64,000 bases of DNA from Neoechinorhynchus agilis (GCA_051530055.1 CM121341.1:14920784-14984783), one strand, 5' to 3'. Counted from the stretch's first letter, positions 25,401 through 36,970 are shown. Notes: generated from the sequence alone by a model not told the origin. Translations and numbers: made by a program.

Positions 25401-25751
25401 ATGAAAATCTTTCTCACTTTTGTTGCTCTTCTCTCCGTGGTTGCGGCCGTTCAGAAACGAGGGGCTTACGAGGCAGCTTCTCCCTCCGAACTCACAACGT
25501 TCGTCCGTGAGGTGGCGTGGGCAATGACCTCGAGAACTTGTGGAGTAGAGATCGCTAATCTTCCACCGACTCTTAAGAACGGACAGACTCTTGTTATTCA
25601 GTTCAAAGTTACCAGCCCAGTCATCGCAGACATGGTTTATGAAATGGAAGTCGACGTTGAACCAGCAAGATTTGTTCTCCTAAGTCTAACGTACGTTAAT
25701 CCACAGCTTTACAAAGTCGTCGATGCGTCTTGTCCTAAAGGATCGCAATGA
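25401..25751 (+). CDS. Small secreted orphan protein (116 aa)
   Basis: Signal peptide MKIFLTFVALLSVVAA, two Cys, intronless. Confidence 0.7.
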   Translation: MKIFLTFVALLSVVAAVQKRGAYEAASPSELTTFVREVAWAMTSRTCGVEIANLPPTLKNGQTLVIQFKVTSPVIADMVYEMEVDVEPARFVLLSLTYVNPQLYKVVDASCPKGSQ

Positions 25752-25845
25752 ATCCGAAGATGTAAAAGTGACTAGTTTGAATATGCCATAGATTAGTACT
25801 TATCGCTTAAACATAAATTTTATTCGTTACTTGGGAGCGGTGAAT

Positions 25846-25910
25846 TAAATTGATTCTTTGATATAAAATTTTTCCCAACTTCCACATACTCATGGATTTT
25901 ATCTTTAAGA
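25846..25910 (+). repeat. Short dispersed repeat, copy 2 of 3
   Basis: gaattaaattgattctttgatataaaatttttcccaacttccacatactcatggattttatctttaa. Confidence 0.7.
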
Positions 25911-26170
25911 TTATTTTTAACAATAAAGCTAAAATTATGTATTTCTCACCAAATTTTTGTTTTTTAAACCACTTCTCCGCATGTTAAGAACTGTGATATC
26001 TGTAGTATAGCTATAAAAAAATGGATAAATCATATTGGGTTTTCGGTTATCCGAAAAAATCTCGCGTCCGAATTGTGACTGTTCCTAATAAATTCCGATA
26101 AACGAAGTTCTACTGTGTTTTATAATTTGCTACGACCGTTTTTTTGCGGAAAATGCTCACTTTTACAAAA

Positions 26171-26476
26171 TTATTCAGTGAGTTCATAATGTCTTGAGAA
26201 CAAAAAGTTTCGCGTTAAAGCAGTGGTCGGTCCACATCCACAAGTGACTTTGTAAGACTGACAAGGCGAACAGACGGAGCATCTGAGAAATCGAATTTCT
26301 TTAAGAGTTCCGTTCTTCACTTCATCGAAAGCTGCAGCTTTCGGGTTTAACAAAAGGCATGGGCATCCAAGATCGATGAGCCCTTTTAGCTCCATTGTCG
26401 TGAGTGAAGTTTCCGAATCATCGTTAGCAACTGCAATGGAACGGATAAAAACGAGAATCGCGAAAAGAGCGAGCAT
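26171..26476 (-). CDS. Small secreted Cys-rich orphan protein
   Basis: Signal-like MLALFAILVFIRSIAVA, then CPC and CSVCSPC...CGC. Convergent with the gene at 25401. Confidence 0.6.
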   Translation of the reverse strand: MLALFAILVFIRSIAVANDDSETSLTTMELKGLIDLGCPCLLLNPKAAAFDEVKNGTLKEIRFLRCSVCSPCQSYKVTCGCGPTTALTRNFLFSRHYELTE

Positions 26477-27061
26477 TGTTGGCGGTTTGAATATGTACGG
26501 CGATAAGGATCTCATCTCGCCTATTACAAAACATGGATTTTTGATCGAAAAACTTATGAAGTATTTAAGACTTTACCAAAACGAGAAATTTAAAATCGTG
26601 CAACACAATTAAATCTACCATTTTCGCAAAATGATAGGCCAGGATTCAACAATTGAAGGTAGGATAGTCTTCCTATGATTCAGCGATAATTTTAATATTT
26701 ATTAAATATATTCTACAAACGTGAAAAATAAGTAGCGACTGTTGATAAAGCAGGCTATTTATTTGCCTTGACACTTAAATACATCTCGTAATTCTGCCCT
26801 TACATTACTCATTACTTTCACTCTCAATCGCTTTGATATTTTCATCGAATATTAATTGAACAATTTGCGACAAGAGTTTTGGCTAGTCGACAAGCTAGCT
26901 TTTTATTGGTGATCGATCCAAAGCTATGAAGAGCAGAAGCAATTAATCAATGTAGCTAACTAAATTTTAGTGCCGTGTTTCAAGGTTGCACATACGAGTT
27001 CCTCTGATTTTCAGCGCATATAAGAAGAAATTTATAAAAGTGATTTTTATTTCAGATATTG

Positions 27062-28030
27062 CCCATTTACTAACGTTTTCGAGAAGTCGCCAAAAGAAAG
27101 TTCGCTGGTTTTCGGTAGAATTTGGTTAAAATTTTGACCTCAAAATTATTTTAGAAAATCATCTAACGGTCGCTTAATGTTCGACTCCGCTTTTTAAGAA
27201 CATGTTGTCGTACGACTCGTCTGTAGCTCGTTTCCGAGTTTTCACTGTCATATTTTCTCCTTAGACCCTTAAGATTATTTTATACTGTCGTTACGCTGCG
27301 ATTGAAAAACTGGGAGAAATAATTTTCCTTCTGCTTATTGTTCGCTATTCAATCAATCATTTTTTTGAAATCTACGACTCGCAAATTTACTTTGTAGCCA
27401 GTGGTAGATTGTGCAACTCTCCGAAATTATCGTTTACTAAAGTCCAGTCAGACTTTCGCGCCAACACAGAGCATTGTTCTAAGCTCTACATACAGTTTCA
27501 TCCTAGTTTCTTAGTTTGAAAAGTCCATGAATGCTCCAGATACAGAGATGCCTTCCCATTTACTAACGTTATCGAGAAGTAGCCAAAAGAAAGTTCGCTG
27601 GTTTTCGGTAGAATTTGGCTAAATATTTGACCTCAAAATTATTTTAGAAAATCATCTAACGGTCGCCTAATGTTCGACCCGCTTTTTAAAAACATGTTGT
27701 CGCACGACTCATCTGTAGCTCGTTTCCGAGTTTTCACTGTCATATTTTCTGCTTAGACCCTTAAGATTATTTTATACTGTCGTTACGCTGCGATTGAGAA
27801 ACTGGGAGAAATAATTTTCCTTCTGCTTATTGTTCGCTATTCAATCAATCTTTTTTTTGAAATCTACGACTCGCAAATTTACTTTGTAGCTAGTGGTAGA
27901 TTGTGCAACTCTCCGAAATTATCGTTTACTAAAGTCCAATCAGACTTTTTCGCGCCAACATAAAGCATTGTTCTAAGCTCTACATACAGTTTCATCCTAG
28001 TTTCTAAGTTTGAAAAGTCCATGAATGCTC
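27062..28030. repeat. Head-to-tail tandem duplication, period 493 bp, few mismatches
   Basis: cccatttactaacgtt...gaaaagtccatgaatgctc occurs at 27062-27536 and 27555-28030. Confidence 0.95.
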
Positions 28031-28899
28031 CATATATTTCTAAAGGTACACAACTTTTGTTTTATATCGCAACGCATGTTTAAAAGAGCAGAACAACGAT
28101 AAATTTTTACATATATTTCGACGTTAATTAGTTAGTGAATGTGGCATTAAACATGAGCGGTATATTGAAGCCCAATTGAGCTTTACCCTAATTTGTAAAA
28201 TCTGAGAACAAATCTCATTAAATGCAGGTGCTATTGCCCCTCATTGACATTTTATGACTTTATGATATTGTTTTTATATCTGGTTAGAAGCTGATTTTCC
28301 TTTTAAAGGGCGTAAGTGGTCGAGCGGGTCCCAAAAATACAGTTATTTTTGATTAGTTACTTTAAGGTTTGAATAGGGCACTGTGATGCACTCGATGTAA
28401 TAATAAAGAAACGTAGCTGAAAAGATACCTTTCATGTCGTTTTCATATATCTTTTAACGTCTTTATTAATTTTTGTGCGTGTACCCTCGTATGTAACTCC
28501 CGGCAATCTGTTTTAGTATATGTGGGTCTGACATGGAGTTCTTCGTATGGGACCAATATTGAACTTCGAGTATATCGAGGGAATTTTCTCCATAAGAAGG
28601 AGCACTTGCATAATTCCCGTATTCTTTTTTATTACCTAGACACAAACGAGCACAATATATCTGCATTATCCAGGTTTCATACTCCATTCAGCTTCTCTTT
28701 GAACTGACAAGAATGGGAGCTTTAGAAGGTGGATACATCAACTTTAATCCCAAGGCAGTCTACCGGCAAACGTAGTTAAGATGTCCGCGCCTCGGAAATG
28801 AGGCATGAAGTCGGTGCCGCGCCTTTCATTCCCACCCAAGGAACAAATGAAAACTTGCGAATACTCATAATGTACAGATATTTAGTAAAACAAAAATTT

Positions 28900-30679
28900 T
28901 CAAACTCTACTGGTAGTTGTCAATTTACGCTTTTGTCCAGCCAACAATGATTGGTTGTATGTGGGATAGTACGTGAATTGGTCAACCATCTGACGGCCAA
29001 ATGAAACGTAATCGTGGTTTGATGCCGGGTAATTTTGTTGAATTGGATATTGTTCTTGGTTGTGACGCTGATATGATTGATTGGTGCGAATATTTTCATT
29101 TGGAGTTTCGTCGATCCTTAAATCTGACAAGTCTGATGAATTCGATCTAAACGAGCAAGAGGGAGAATTAAATCCCATCGGTGTTTTCAAATCAGTCAAC
29201 TGATTAATCGTAGATTGCTTGCTCAATTAACACCCCCGTGGCAAACTGCCGGTTTCTTTTGATTTGATTAAATCCAAGCGAATATGCCAATGTTGTTCTT
29301 TCAATAATGTATACACAATCAATTGAGATCAAAAGATTTTTAGCCGGGACCATGGAAACCGCCCTTAATTTAGAGATAAGTAAAAATTATTAGCTGAATG
29401 GCTTATTGAGATTATCGCTACCGATTAAAAAATTAATATTTTAAGCAAAAACTACGAATTAAAGCCTTCAGGATTTTAGCCAATCAAAATTTACGTGGCA
29501 CAGCAGACGATTTCGAGTGTGCGTATTGCGCTTTAAAATTTATTAAGTGAGTCAATAATACAAATTAGTCCCGAAACCGAAAAATTACAACGGCAATTGA
29601 TTGACAGCCTCTTGATTCAGCGAAAAATGATACATATTATGTGAAAATTGAGCATATTTGAGAGGTGGGCGGGTAATAAAAAATTGGACTAAGTAAATAA
29701 TTGCCTCTTGTGAGTGAGAGAATAAGGGACACATGTGTAATTGATTCCCGCCCCGCCAACTAATGGATTTCGCGACACCTGCCTTCTCCTATGCCACGAA
29801 ATAAACATCAATTAATTTCGCTGTAGGGCAAAAGAAATGAGGGAGTGTGTAATGGTTGTTCGGCCATTTATTCTTAAAATAAACTAACCTTCCGTGCTTT
29901 CGATTCGCTGCTCGGTCTCTTTGTCGCCTATTCTTAAACCAATTGGTAACTTGAGTCGTTGTCAAGTCGGTTGTTTGTGCCAAATCTTGTTTTTGCTGTT
30001 GAGTCGGGTATTTACAACTTCTATAAAACTCGCGTAAAATCGACCTGGATCGTTCTTTAAAGCAATAACTGGTTTCCTCGCCATCCCAGATTGTTCTTGG
30101 AAGTGGATATTTACGTCTTATTCGGTATTTTGTTACTGGATTGGCGTCTACCTTTTTTTCATTCATCCACTCAATGTAGTGGGCTTCCATCCACAATTCC
30201 TGAAGAATGCAATGATATTTTTGATCGAACTCATAGCTTTGCAGAAGTTGATACAAGCGTTGAAAATTACCCGTTCTGAACTGTGCGTGAGCTTTCGCAA
30301 CCAGAAATATTTCACATTGCCGCAAATGTTCTTCCATTTCAGATTTGAGGGATTCCACAAATTCAACAAGTCTCTTAATATCATCTACTTGTAATAAGAC
30401 CTCACAAATGCACACCACTTGTTCCGGTGTAAAATTTATTGAAGTCAGGGGTGGTGCGGGAATGGCCGTGTTGGATCCAATGTCATCATTGTAGTCTAAC
30501 ATTTCGCTGCACACAAAGGGAGGAGATATCTTTCCAGTGCACAGAGTAACTTTATCGCTCCTTCTCGTTTGGTGTCGGTAATTTAAGGACCCACCCGAGC
30601 TTACAGACATACGCATTTCCATAAGGAAGCGAATGCTGCAATCTGATTGGCTGCTAATATTTCTTTTTTGTTTACTCAA
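28900..30679 (-). CDS. Six1/2: SIX-class homeobox, Six1/2 (sine oculis) subfamily
   Basis: SIX domain [13 protein letters not shown]...[24 protein letters not shown]...[10 protein letters not shown], then [26 protein letters not shown] (ETSY marks Six1/2) and [10 protein letters not shown]. Exon 1 ends at 29889 (gttagt donor). Probable exon 2 is 29221-28900, and a short third exon to ~28744 is possible. Confidence 0.93.
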
Positions 30680-31369
30680 CGAAGAGTTGGGAGATCAGGG
30701 AGACGAAAGTAAAGTCTCTATGTTAATTAAAGTCGTAAGAACTTAGAAGTTAAGAATTTTCAAGGAAGCAATAAAGACTATAGGATAACTGAATATTTAG
30801 TGTATTAAATCATGCCAAGTATAATCAACTTTCGGCACGAAATCAAGAATTTGCCAGGAGTAATGATTTAGCAATGATAACAAATGAATTCGCCTTCTCA
30901 AAAAATTATGCTACTGAGTTAGCAGTATCATAAAGAAATCAGTTTTTTTATTGAATTGGAATACGCGATCGGTATCGCATTAGTATATGCTACTCACGCT
31001 AGAAAAATAAGGAAACACTTTTGAAATACAAAAATTGTTGCAAAAAATTATTGTATTTCCAAATTATTTTGTGTTGTGAGCCCGATTTTTATTCAATTAG
31101 CAAATTATAGTTTCATTTACTTTTTAGTTTACGATTATCACAAATGCTTATAACCCAAGAATTATAGAAATCCTCGAGGATGTTTACTAATTGCAAAGGC
31201 GTGGTGGCTTAAGGCCAAAACTCTGCAAAACTAAAAATTAGCATCTAAATAGACATAATATAAAACTAAGGTTTCTCATTACTGTTCTGTCTTGTCAAAA
31301 AATTGACATTGTAATTTAATACAACTAGGCCCATAGTGCCCACTGCAAACATTAAACAACTATGTAGAT

Positions 31370-33145
31370 TTAAACGAATTGTCTGACGCGGTTTCTCAGC
31401 ATATCCTTGAATGATCGATCATTATAAATCTTTTCAAAGAACTCGAACCTTTGCTCTAAATCGTCTCGCATTGTCATTGCCGCTTTATTGCGATCTTCTT
31501 CTGCACTTAAAGCCAAAGACGTTTCGATGCTGTTCAACATACAAGCAGCCATTAGACCAAAGACAAGTTCGTAAACGACATCGGCCGAAGCTTCGTCGAT
31601 TCGACCATATCCTTCAATTATATCGGCTATGACGTCTATCAGTGATTCGTTGGTCGTATGGAAACGGAGCGCACAAAGAAGAAGGTCGACTATCACACAA
31701 GTGTAACGGACATGCGCAAAGTGCCCAACACATAAATCATCCGCGGTTTGTGGGATCTTGTCTACTCGAAGGTGGACTGTATCGACACCAAACGCTAAAT
31801 GGCCTATGACTTTGTGGCAATAGGACAAATCAATCTTATCGAGAAGTTCAATGCTTGTCATGAGCATAGAACGACGATTGTCGTCTGAAATCGTAAACAA
31901 ACGATTGAGTAGCATTTCTTTGTCACGCTTCACGGATTTGTCTGTCATGTAATGAAGTTCGAGTTCATTTACGAAATCAGCTTTTATAGCAGACGATTTC
32001 GAGCAGGAATGTAAAAAATGCGAGAGGGATATAAATTGCGTTTATGAGTTTTATTACGATAAAAAATAGATTGCTTAAAAGGTCATGAGAGCAGAAATTA
32101 CCAATCGGATCTGTAGAAAACTCGAATAAAACAGAGGTCCTTTTTAATTTAAATCAACTAGAGAAATGTTGATGCGAACTTTGATGGACATTTTGGTCGC
32201 AATTTACAAAGCGCGAATAAAATTTCGAGCACGTTAAAATCATTCAAGAAATTGGTTGTTGACCACATAGAATGTTGGTTTACTTTTACGAAGTAACGAT
32301 TTTAAAATAAAAAGTGTTAAGTTAAGGATTTATAAATACTATTTTTGATACGCTTACAGCATTTACAAAAAAATCCTAAGGAATTATAGTGGGACAATAC
32401 GGCCAAGATTACTTAGAGTACAAGAATTGAAACCTTCTGCATTTAAAGGGCATCCATTAGCGCACATATGGAACCTTCTCAATAACTGGCCAATACAAAT
32501 TCTGAGTTTTCGATCGTTAGAAAGCGTCGGTCTCTCCGAGAGAGCGATATGTTGATTATGATACATTAGCCAAAGATAATGCTCTCGAGTTCTTTGGAAC
32601 TTTACAAATAAGTCACCGAACTTTGTCGGAATGATATCAGGTACCTGCAGACATTGAGCAGCAGATTGTTGAACATCCAGAAGTTTTTTAACAAGTGTCT
32701 CATTTACTAACGGAGATTGAACGGTCAGTTTAGCCCATAACTGTTTTCCGCCGACTTCGATGGTGAAATTCTTATCACACTGCCAACTCACGGATCTATG
32801 TTGCTCATAAAGTTCACATTTATCGATATCATGACCGTAGTTCAAAGATACCAAATGCTTTATATCATTAGGAGTGATATGATGATCGACTAATCGATTG
32901 AGAAAAGCAGGTTGTAAATTCTTATTAATTGTTCTGTCTAGTTGAGCAAATCTACTTATGCTAAGTCCTTTATATCCATTTTGGAAATATTGAATACGAT
33001 CGTGTGAAGAGAATTCCGGTCGCAGCTCGTTAAACACTAGCAAAAGACATCTAGTAAGATGCTCATCTGGACGTACAAGCATTCGTTTAAAGCTCAAATC
33101 ACCAGTTGCTACGAGACATGATCTTGCTGGAATATAGTATTCCAA
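31370..33145 (-). CDS. Hydroxylysine-kinase (HYKK/AGPHD1) / APH-fold protein with degenerate catalytic motifs
   Basis: N-lobe CDKNFTI..WAKLT..LQVPDIIPTKFGD..YLWLMY..IGQLLRRFH. A phase-1 intron 32412-31981 joins the 253-aa and 192-aa ORFs (CTL-T-DFVNE). The C-lobe aligns with HYKK, with HLAFGVDT at the HGDxxxxN position and HFAH at the DFGD position. Confidence 0.65.
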
Positions 33146-33284
33146 TTGAACTTCATTAGATACCTGGAATCGAACTGTTATATCACATTGTATGGCACCT
33201 CGCTTCGCTTCTTATAAAAAGTCCTAATTTCTACATTTGATTCTAGTTTAATAATAGCTTTAATGAAAAAATAACGTTGACTCA

Positions 33285-33791
33285 TTATTCCCAGGCAAGC
33301 GAAATGCGGTGCATTAGTGCAACGATAGCCATTCGATCAGTAAATAGAAACGAATGATCGTAGAACTCAGAATCAAGAGATTTCTCCCCAATCTTTTGGC
33401 AATATTCGAGTATTCTAAGGCGATTTGGAGCGAAGTCCGGGATCACGTCACTGATACGAGTTGAAATGGTGGTTGAGCTTGTTGGAAGACCGGTGAATTC
33501 GTCATATGAATCGACTTTTTTCGCCTTAAAGTCGATTTTTGGTCCATAATCTTGTAAACGAATATTTTGAGATGATGTCGTCCAGCTGGTAGATGCTAAA
33601 TCAATCTTTCGAATAATCTGCTCCTCTTTTGCTTCATTCACTAGGTTTTCAGTGATTTCGGCAAACCATGATTTACTGAAATCGTAAAGGCTACGTAAAG
33701 GTTTTCCTTGAGGACAAGAATGGTAACTTGTTATATGATAGTTTTTACATCGAGAGCAAAATTTCTGGATCGTAATCGCAGAAACGGACAT
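33285..33791 (-). CDS. Orphan ORF with CxxC-H-H-C cluster; separate gene or 5' part of the HYKK-like gene
   Basis: The ATG directly follows an acceptor (ttaccttgcag|atg). 168-aa open frame containing CSRCKNYHITSYHSC. It ends in TAA with no strong donor before it. Confidence 0.5.
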   Translation of the reverse strand: MSVSAITIQKFCSRCKNYHITSYHSCPQGKPLRSLYDFSKSWFAEITENLVNEAKEEQIIRKIDLASTSWTTSSQNIRLQDYGPKIDFKAKKVDSYDEFTGLPTSSTTISTRISDVIPDFAPNRLRILEYCQKIGEKSLDSEFYDHSFLFTDRMAIVALMHRISLAWE

Positions 33792-34824
33792 CTGCAAGGT
33801 AATATTATTAAACTTTAGGGTTCAATTATAACATCGAAATAAAAAACATCTATGAGTACCCGGCATTTTCTACGACACATCAGGGGGACTTGAGTAGTGG
33901 ACGGATAAGTGAAGAAGCTTCGAATTCACAGGTTAATAACTAGAAATAAGACTATTGAAATCTCTTTTGTATTATGGATCTTCGCAAATGTCTCTTTGTG
34001 GAGGTCAAAATTGAGTGGAGTGACAATAGCCATGGAAGTTTACGCCTCTAGAAATATACAATGGATAATATTCGTCAATTTGATTTTAATCGACGAATTC
34101 GAATACCTTAGGTCCGTAACGTCTTTGAGTGCACGCTGGTATTCTTTTTGAATTGCACTACAAAGGAGATCCCTGTTTGGCTAAACCGTCACATACACAA
34201 ATTTGTCAACATTAAGAAAAAATTGCATTAATAATTGTCTGGTATTTAATACTTTTTCGAGGAAAAATTTGATTTCAGTATATCTATATCACAAGAAGTG
34301 TTTTTATTGATGGCGAACTAAAAAGTGGAAATAGAAAAATAAGAAATCATATCTTATTTCGCTTCGCTTACATCGATAGGCGTCCTCTGATTTTTCATAA
34401 AGAATATTTAAAAAATAAAATTTATTTGGGATTAATTTTATGCTTTGAAATTAATCGCAGAGAACGCTCACAGGAGCATTTTGAATTTTCGATACGCCCA
34501 TTAGTATTTCTTATAGTTTATTCTTAGACTCATAACTCCCAAACAACTTTGAGAGCGAGCCATTTGGTTTATGCAATAAGACTCAAATAGGCGTCCTTTT
34601 TGTATTAGAGAGAGTCATTGACTCTATAGCGAGAGAAATATGAAACACTTGATACGTAGCTCGCAAACACTTAAGAACAATGAAAGTTTTTCAAACCCAG
34701 AATCATCACTTAAGGTGTAAGACCGTAGTCATGTTAGTACCTGGCAGGATTATGCCGGCTGAGACTTCGTGGATCCTTTATCGCTGCGGTCGCAGGGCAG
34801 GTCTGATAGGAGTAGAATTATTGA

Positions 34825-34968
34825 AATTTTTGTATTAAAGACGTTTTGCGAATCTCGTCGGGATCACCATCAGTTTGTTAGTTATTAAATGACACTCAGG
34901 ATCAAACTAACATAAACTTATGATGAACCAGACGAAGTTTGCAGAACGTCTTTAATTCAAAAAATATT
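34825..34968. repeat. Inverted pair of hammerhead-like motifs related to 16556
   Basis: The reverse complement of 34825-34883 (aactgatggtgatcccgacgagattcgcaaaacgtctttaat) matches 34905-34968 (aacttatgatgaaccagacgaagtttgcagaacgtctttaat). A downstream 16-mer caattaatctaatcat is shared with 16607-16622. Confidence 0.7.
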
Positions 34969-35189
34969 TACCAGGTGAAGATCTAAAACAATTAATCTAA
35001 TCATATACCCCGACCTTTCAGGGACCCTGAACATTAGAAGGCAATAGGGTTTTTTGTAAGTTCTCAACGGCGATCAAAAATCAGCGGAAGACACGCGGAG
35101 CTTACAAAACTACGGACCCTCTTGTGACCGCTGCAATCGTCAATTCTCATACCATCGTCTCAACTTCTAGTTTTGCCTTTGATCACATG

Positions 35190-35500
35190 AATTTCGGGCC
35201 AAACAACCGGATCTAAGATCCAAGTAACTTGTGCGTGGTCTCTGGGTAAACAACTCTTCTTCTCTGGTGGAAGGCACTCGGGTCGTTTGGTACCGCGGCG
35301 CAGGACCTGGTTAAGCAATTGTCTAAGAGATTGAGACGAATCACTGGCGATTAGAGGGCAGGAGCATTCCTTCTGCAAAACATAATTCTGGCTATGTAAC
35401 GAGAGAACGCTGCATCCGTCCTTTCGACCGTTACACCAGGACGGCAGCTGAGTGATCCAAAGCGGTGGTGTAAATGTTTGTAAATACAAGGCTGATTATT
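35190..35500 (+). mobile_element. CRE-like (RLE) non-LTR retrotransposon 3' fragment
   Basis: GSFGTAAQDLVKQLSKRLRRITGD*RAGAFLLQNI...NAASVLSTVTP, closely similar to 55735-56000 in the opposite orientation. Confidence 0.85.
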
Positions 35501-35803
35501 TTTCTTGGCAATAAATGATGTAACCTAAAAAATAGTTGGAGTGATTTCAAATTCAAGAACGCGAATCCGAGGTTACCAACGACGACTTTCAGTCATGTGG
35601 ATCGCCGAGGGAGTAAGCGACACACTTTTGTCCATTACGTTATGCACTTTTAAAAAATGGAATTTATTATTTATGAAAAAGTTTTAAATACCCTCGGAAA
35701 ATTCAAATTTGTTTAAGTTTACGCATTGAGTTTGTCTTTCCGATTTGTTGATACTATCAAATATTTAAACGATCTTGTATTAATTTATGGGAAATATTAC
35801 TTA

Positions 35804-36526
35804 GCTGCTACCTAAAGACATTGGACAAAACCGGTTGGAACATTTGAAAATCTATTTATCTTCCAAAGGTATATCATTGCTGTTTAGTATAAAAATGCAG
35901 TTATGTCTAGTAACTTTATATGAACTCAAAATACATTTGCTCGATTTTATGGAAAGTGCTCTAACATCAATCACAACATTGGGAGTCTTGGTACGTTAAA
36001 AATATTTAGAAAACTTTTACGCATTTAAAACCACTGTTTTCGCGCACAGCATCGATGTATTATTATTATTATTAAAACTCACGCCTCATACAAGCATCGA
36101 TGAGTGGCTATTTAGTGCAATTGTCAGAAACCTAAATAAAACTCGCATTTTTATCTTTTTAATACTTTTAAATGCCGTAGATGCAACCTCTGTTAATGTT
36201 TTATTGGATGTTCACTTCGTCAAAAGATTTTCGTCTAACGAACTAAAACGAGAGTTTTCTTTAATAATAATACGTCGATGCTGTGCGCGAAAACAGTGGT
36301 TTTAAATGCGTAAAAGTTTTCTAAATATTTTTAACGTACCAAGACTCCCAATGTTGTGATTGATGTTAGAGCACTTTCCATAAAATCGAGCAAATGTATT
36401 TTGAGTTCATTTAAAGTTACTAGACATAACTGCATTTTTATACTAAACAGCAATGATATACCTTTAAAAGATAAATAGATTTTCAAATGTTCCAACCGGT
36501 TTCGTCCAATGTCTTTAGGTAGCAGC
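35804..36526. mobile_element. Foldback/MITE with ~275-bp near-perfect terminal inverted repeats and TA flanks
   Basis: 35804-36080 is the reverse complement of ~36252-36526, around a ~170-nt spacer. TA lies at 35802-35803 and 36527-36528. Confidence 0.9.
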
Positions 36527-36529
36527 TAG

Positions 36530-36970
36530 AGGTCGAAGTTAAAACAGCACTTTCCAAGATGAAAAACGGAATAGCTACGGGCCCAAACGAAATACCCATA
36601 GAAGTCTGGAAAGTGCTTGAAGTTGATGCTTTTCCACTATTAAGAAATCTCTTCCAACGAATACTTACTACTGAAAAGATGCCAGACGAATGGGCAGAGC
36701 ACACTGTTACCGATATACAAACAGAGAGGAGATGTCAGAGTTTGTTCAAACTATCGAGGAATTAAATTGTTGAGCTACACGATGAAGCTATACGAAAGGA
36801 TAATTGATCATCGCCTGTGGACCGAAATGTCCATGTCAGAGGAGCAGAGAGGATTTATGCCCGACAGAAGTAGTACCGAAGCTGTATTTGCCCTACGCCA
36901 GTTATATGAGCAGTGTCATGAAAAACGAAGGGAAATACATGCGTGTTCATCGACCTCAAAAAAAATCTAT
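36530..36970 (+). mobile_element. RTE-clade LINE RT fragment
   Basis: MKNGIATGPNEIPIEVWK...ILTTEKMPDEW and LLSYTMKLYERIIDHRL...EQRGFMPDRSSTEAVFALRQLYE, with frameshifts. Confidence 0.85.

Noticed and set aside
28780-28835. GC-rich hairpin with agtcggtgc (tracrRNA-tail-like) and a repeated ccgcgcct
   Set aside because: A 9-nt coincidence in a eukaryotic context; better explained as a Six1/2 terminal exon or 3'UTR on the minus strand.
36203-36218. tggatgttcacttc shared between the foldback spacer and the 62.47-kb hairpin
   Set aside because: A 14-nt match with no extension; probably chance.
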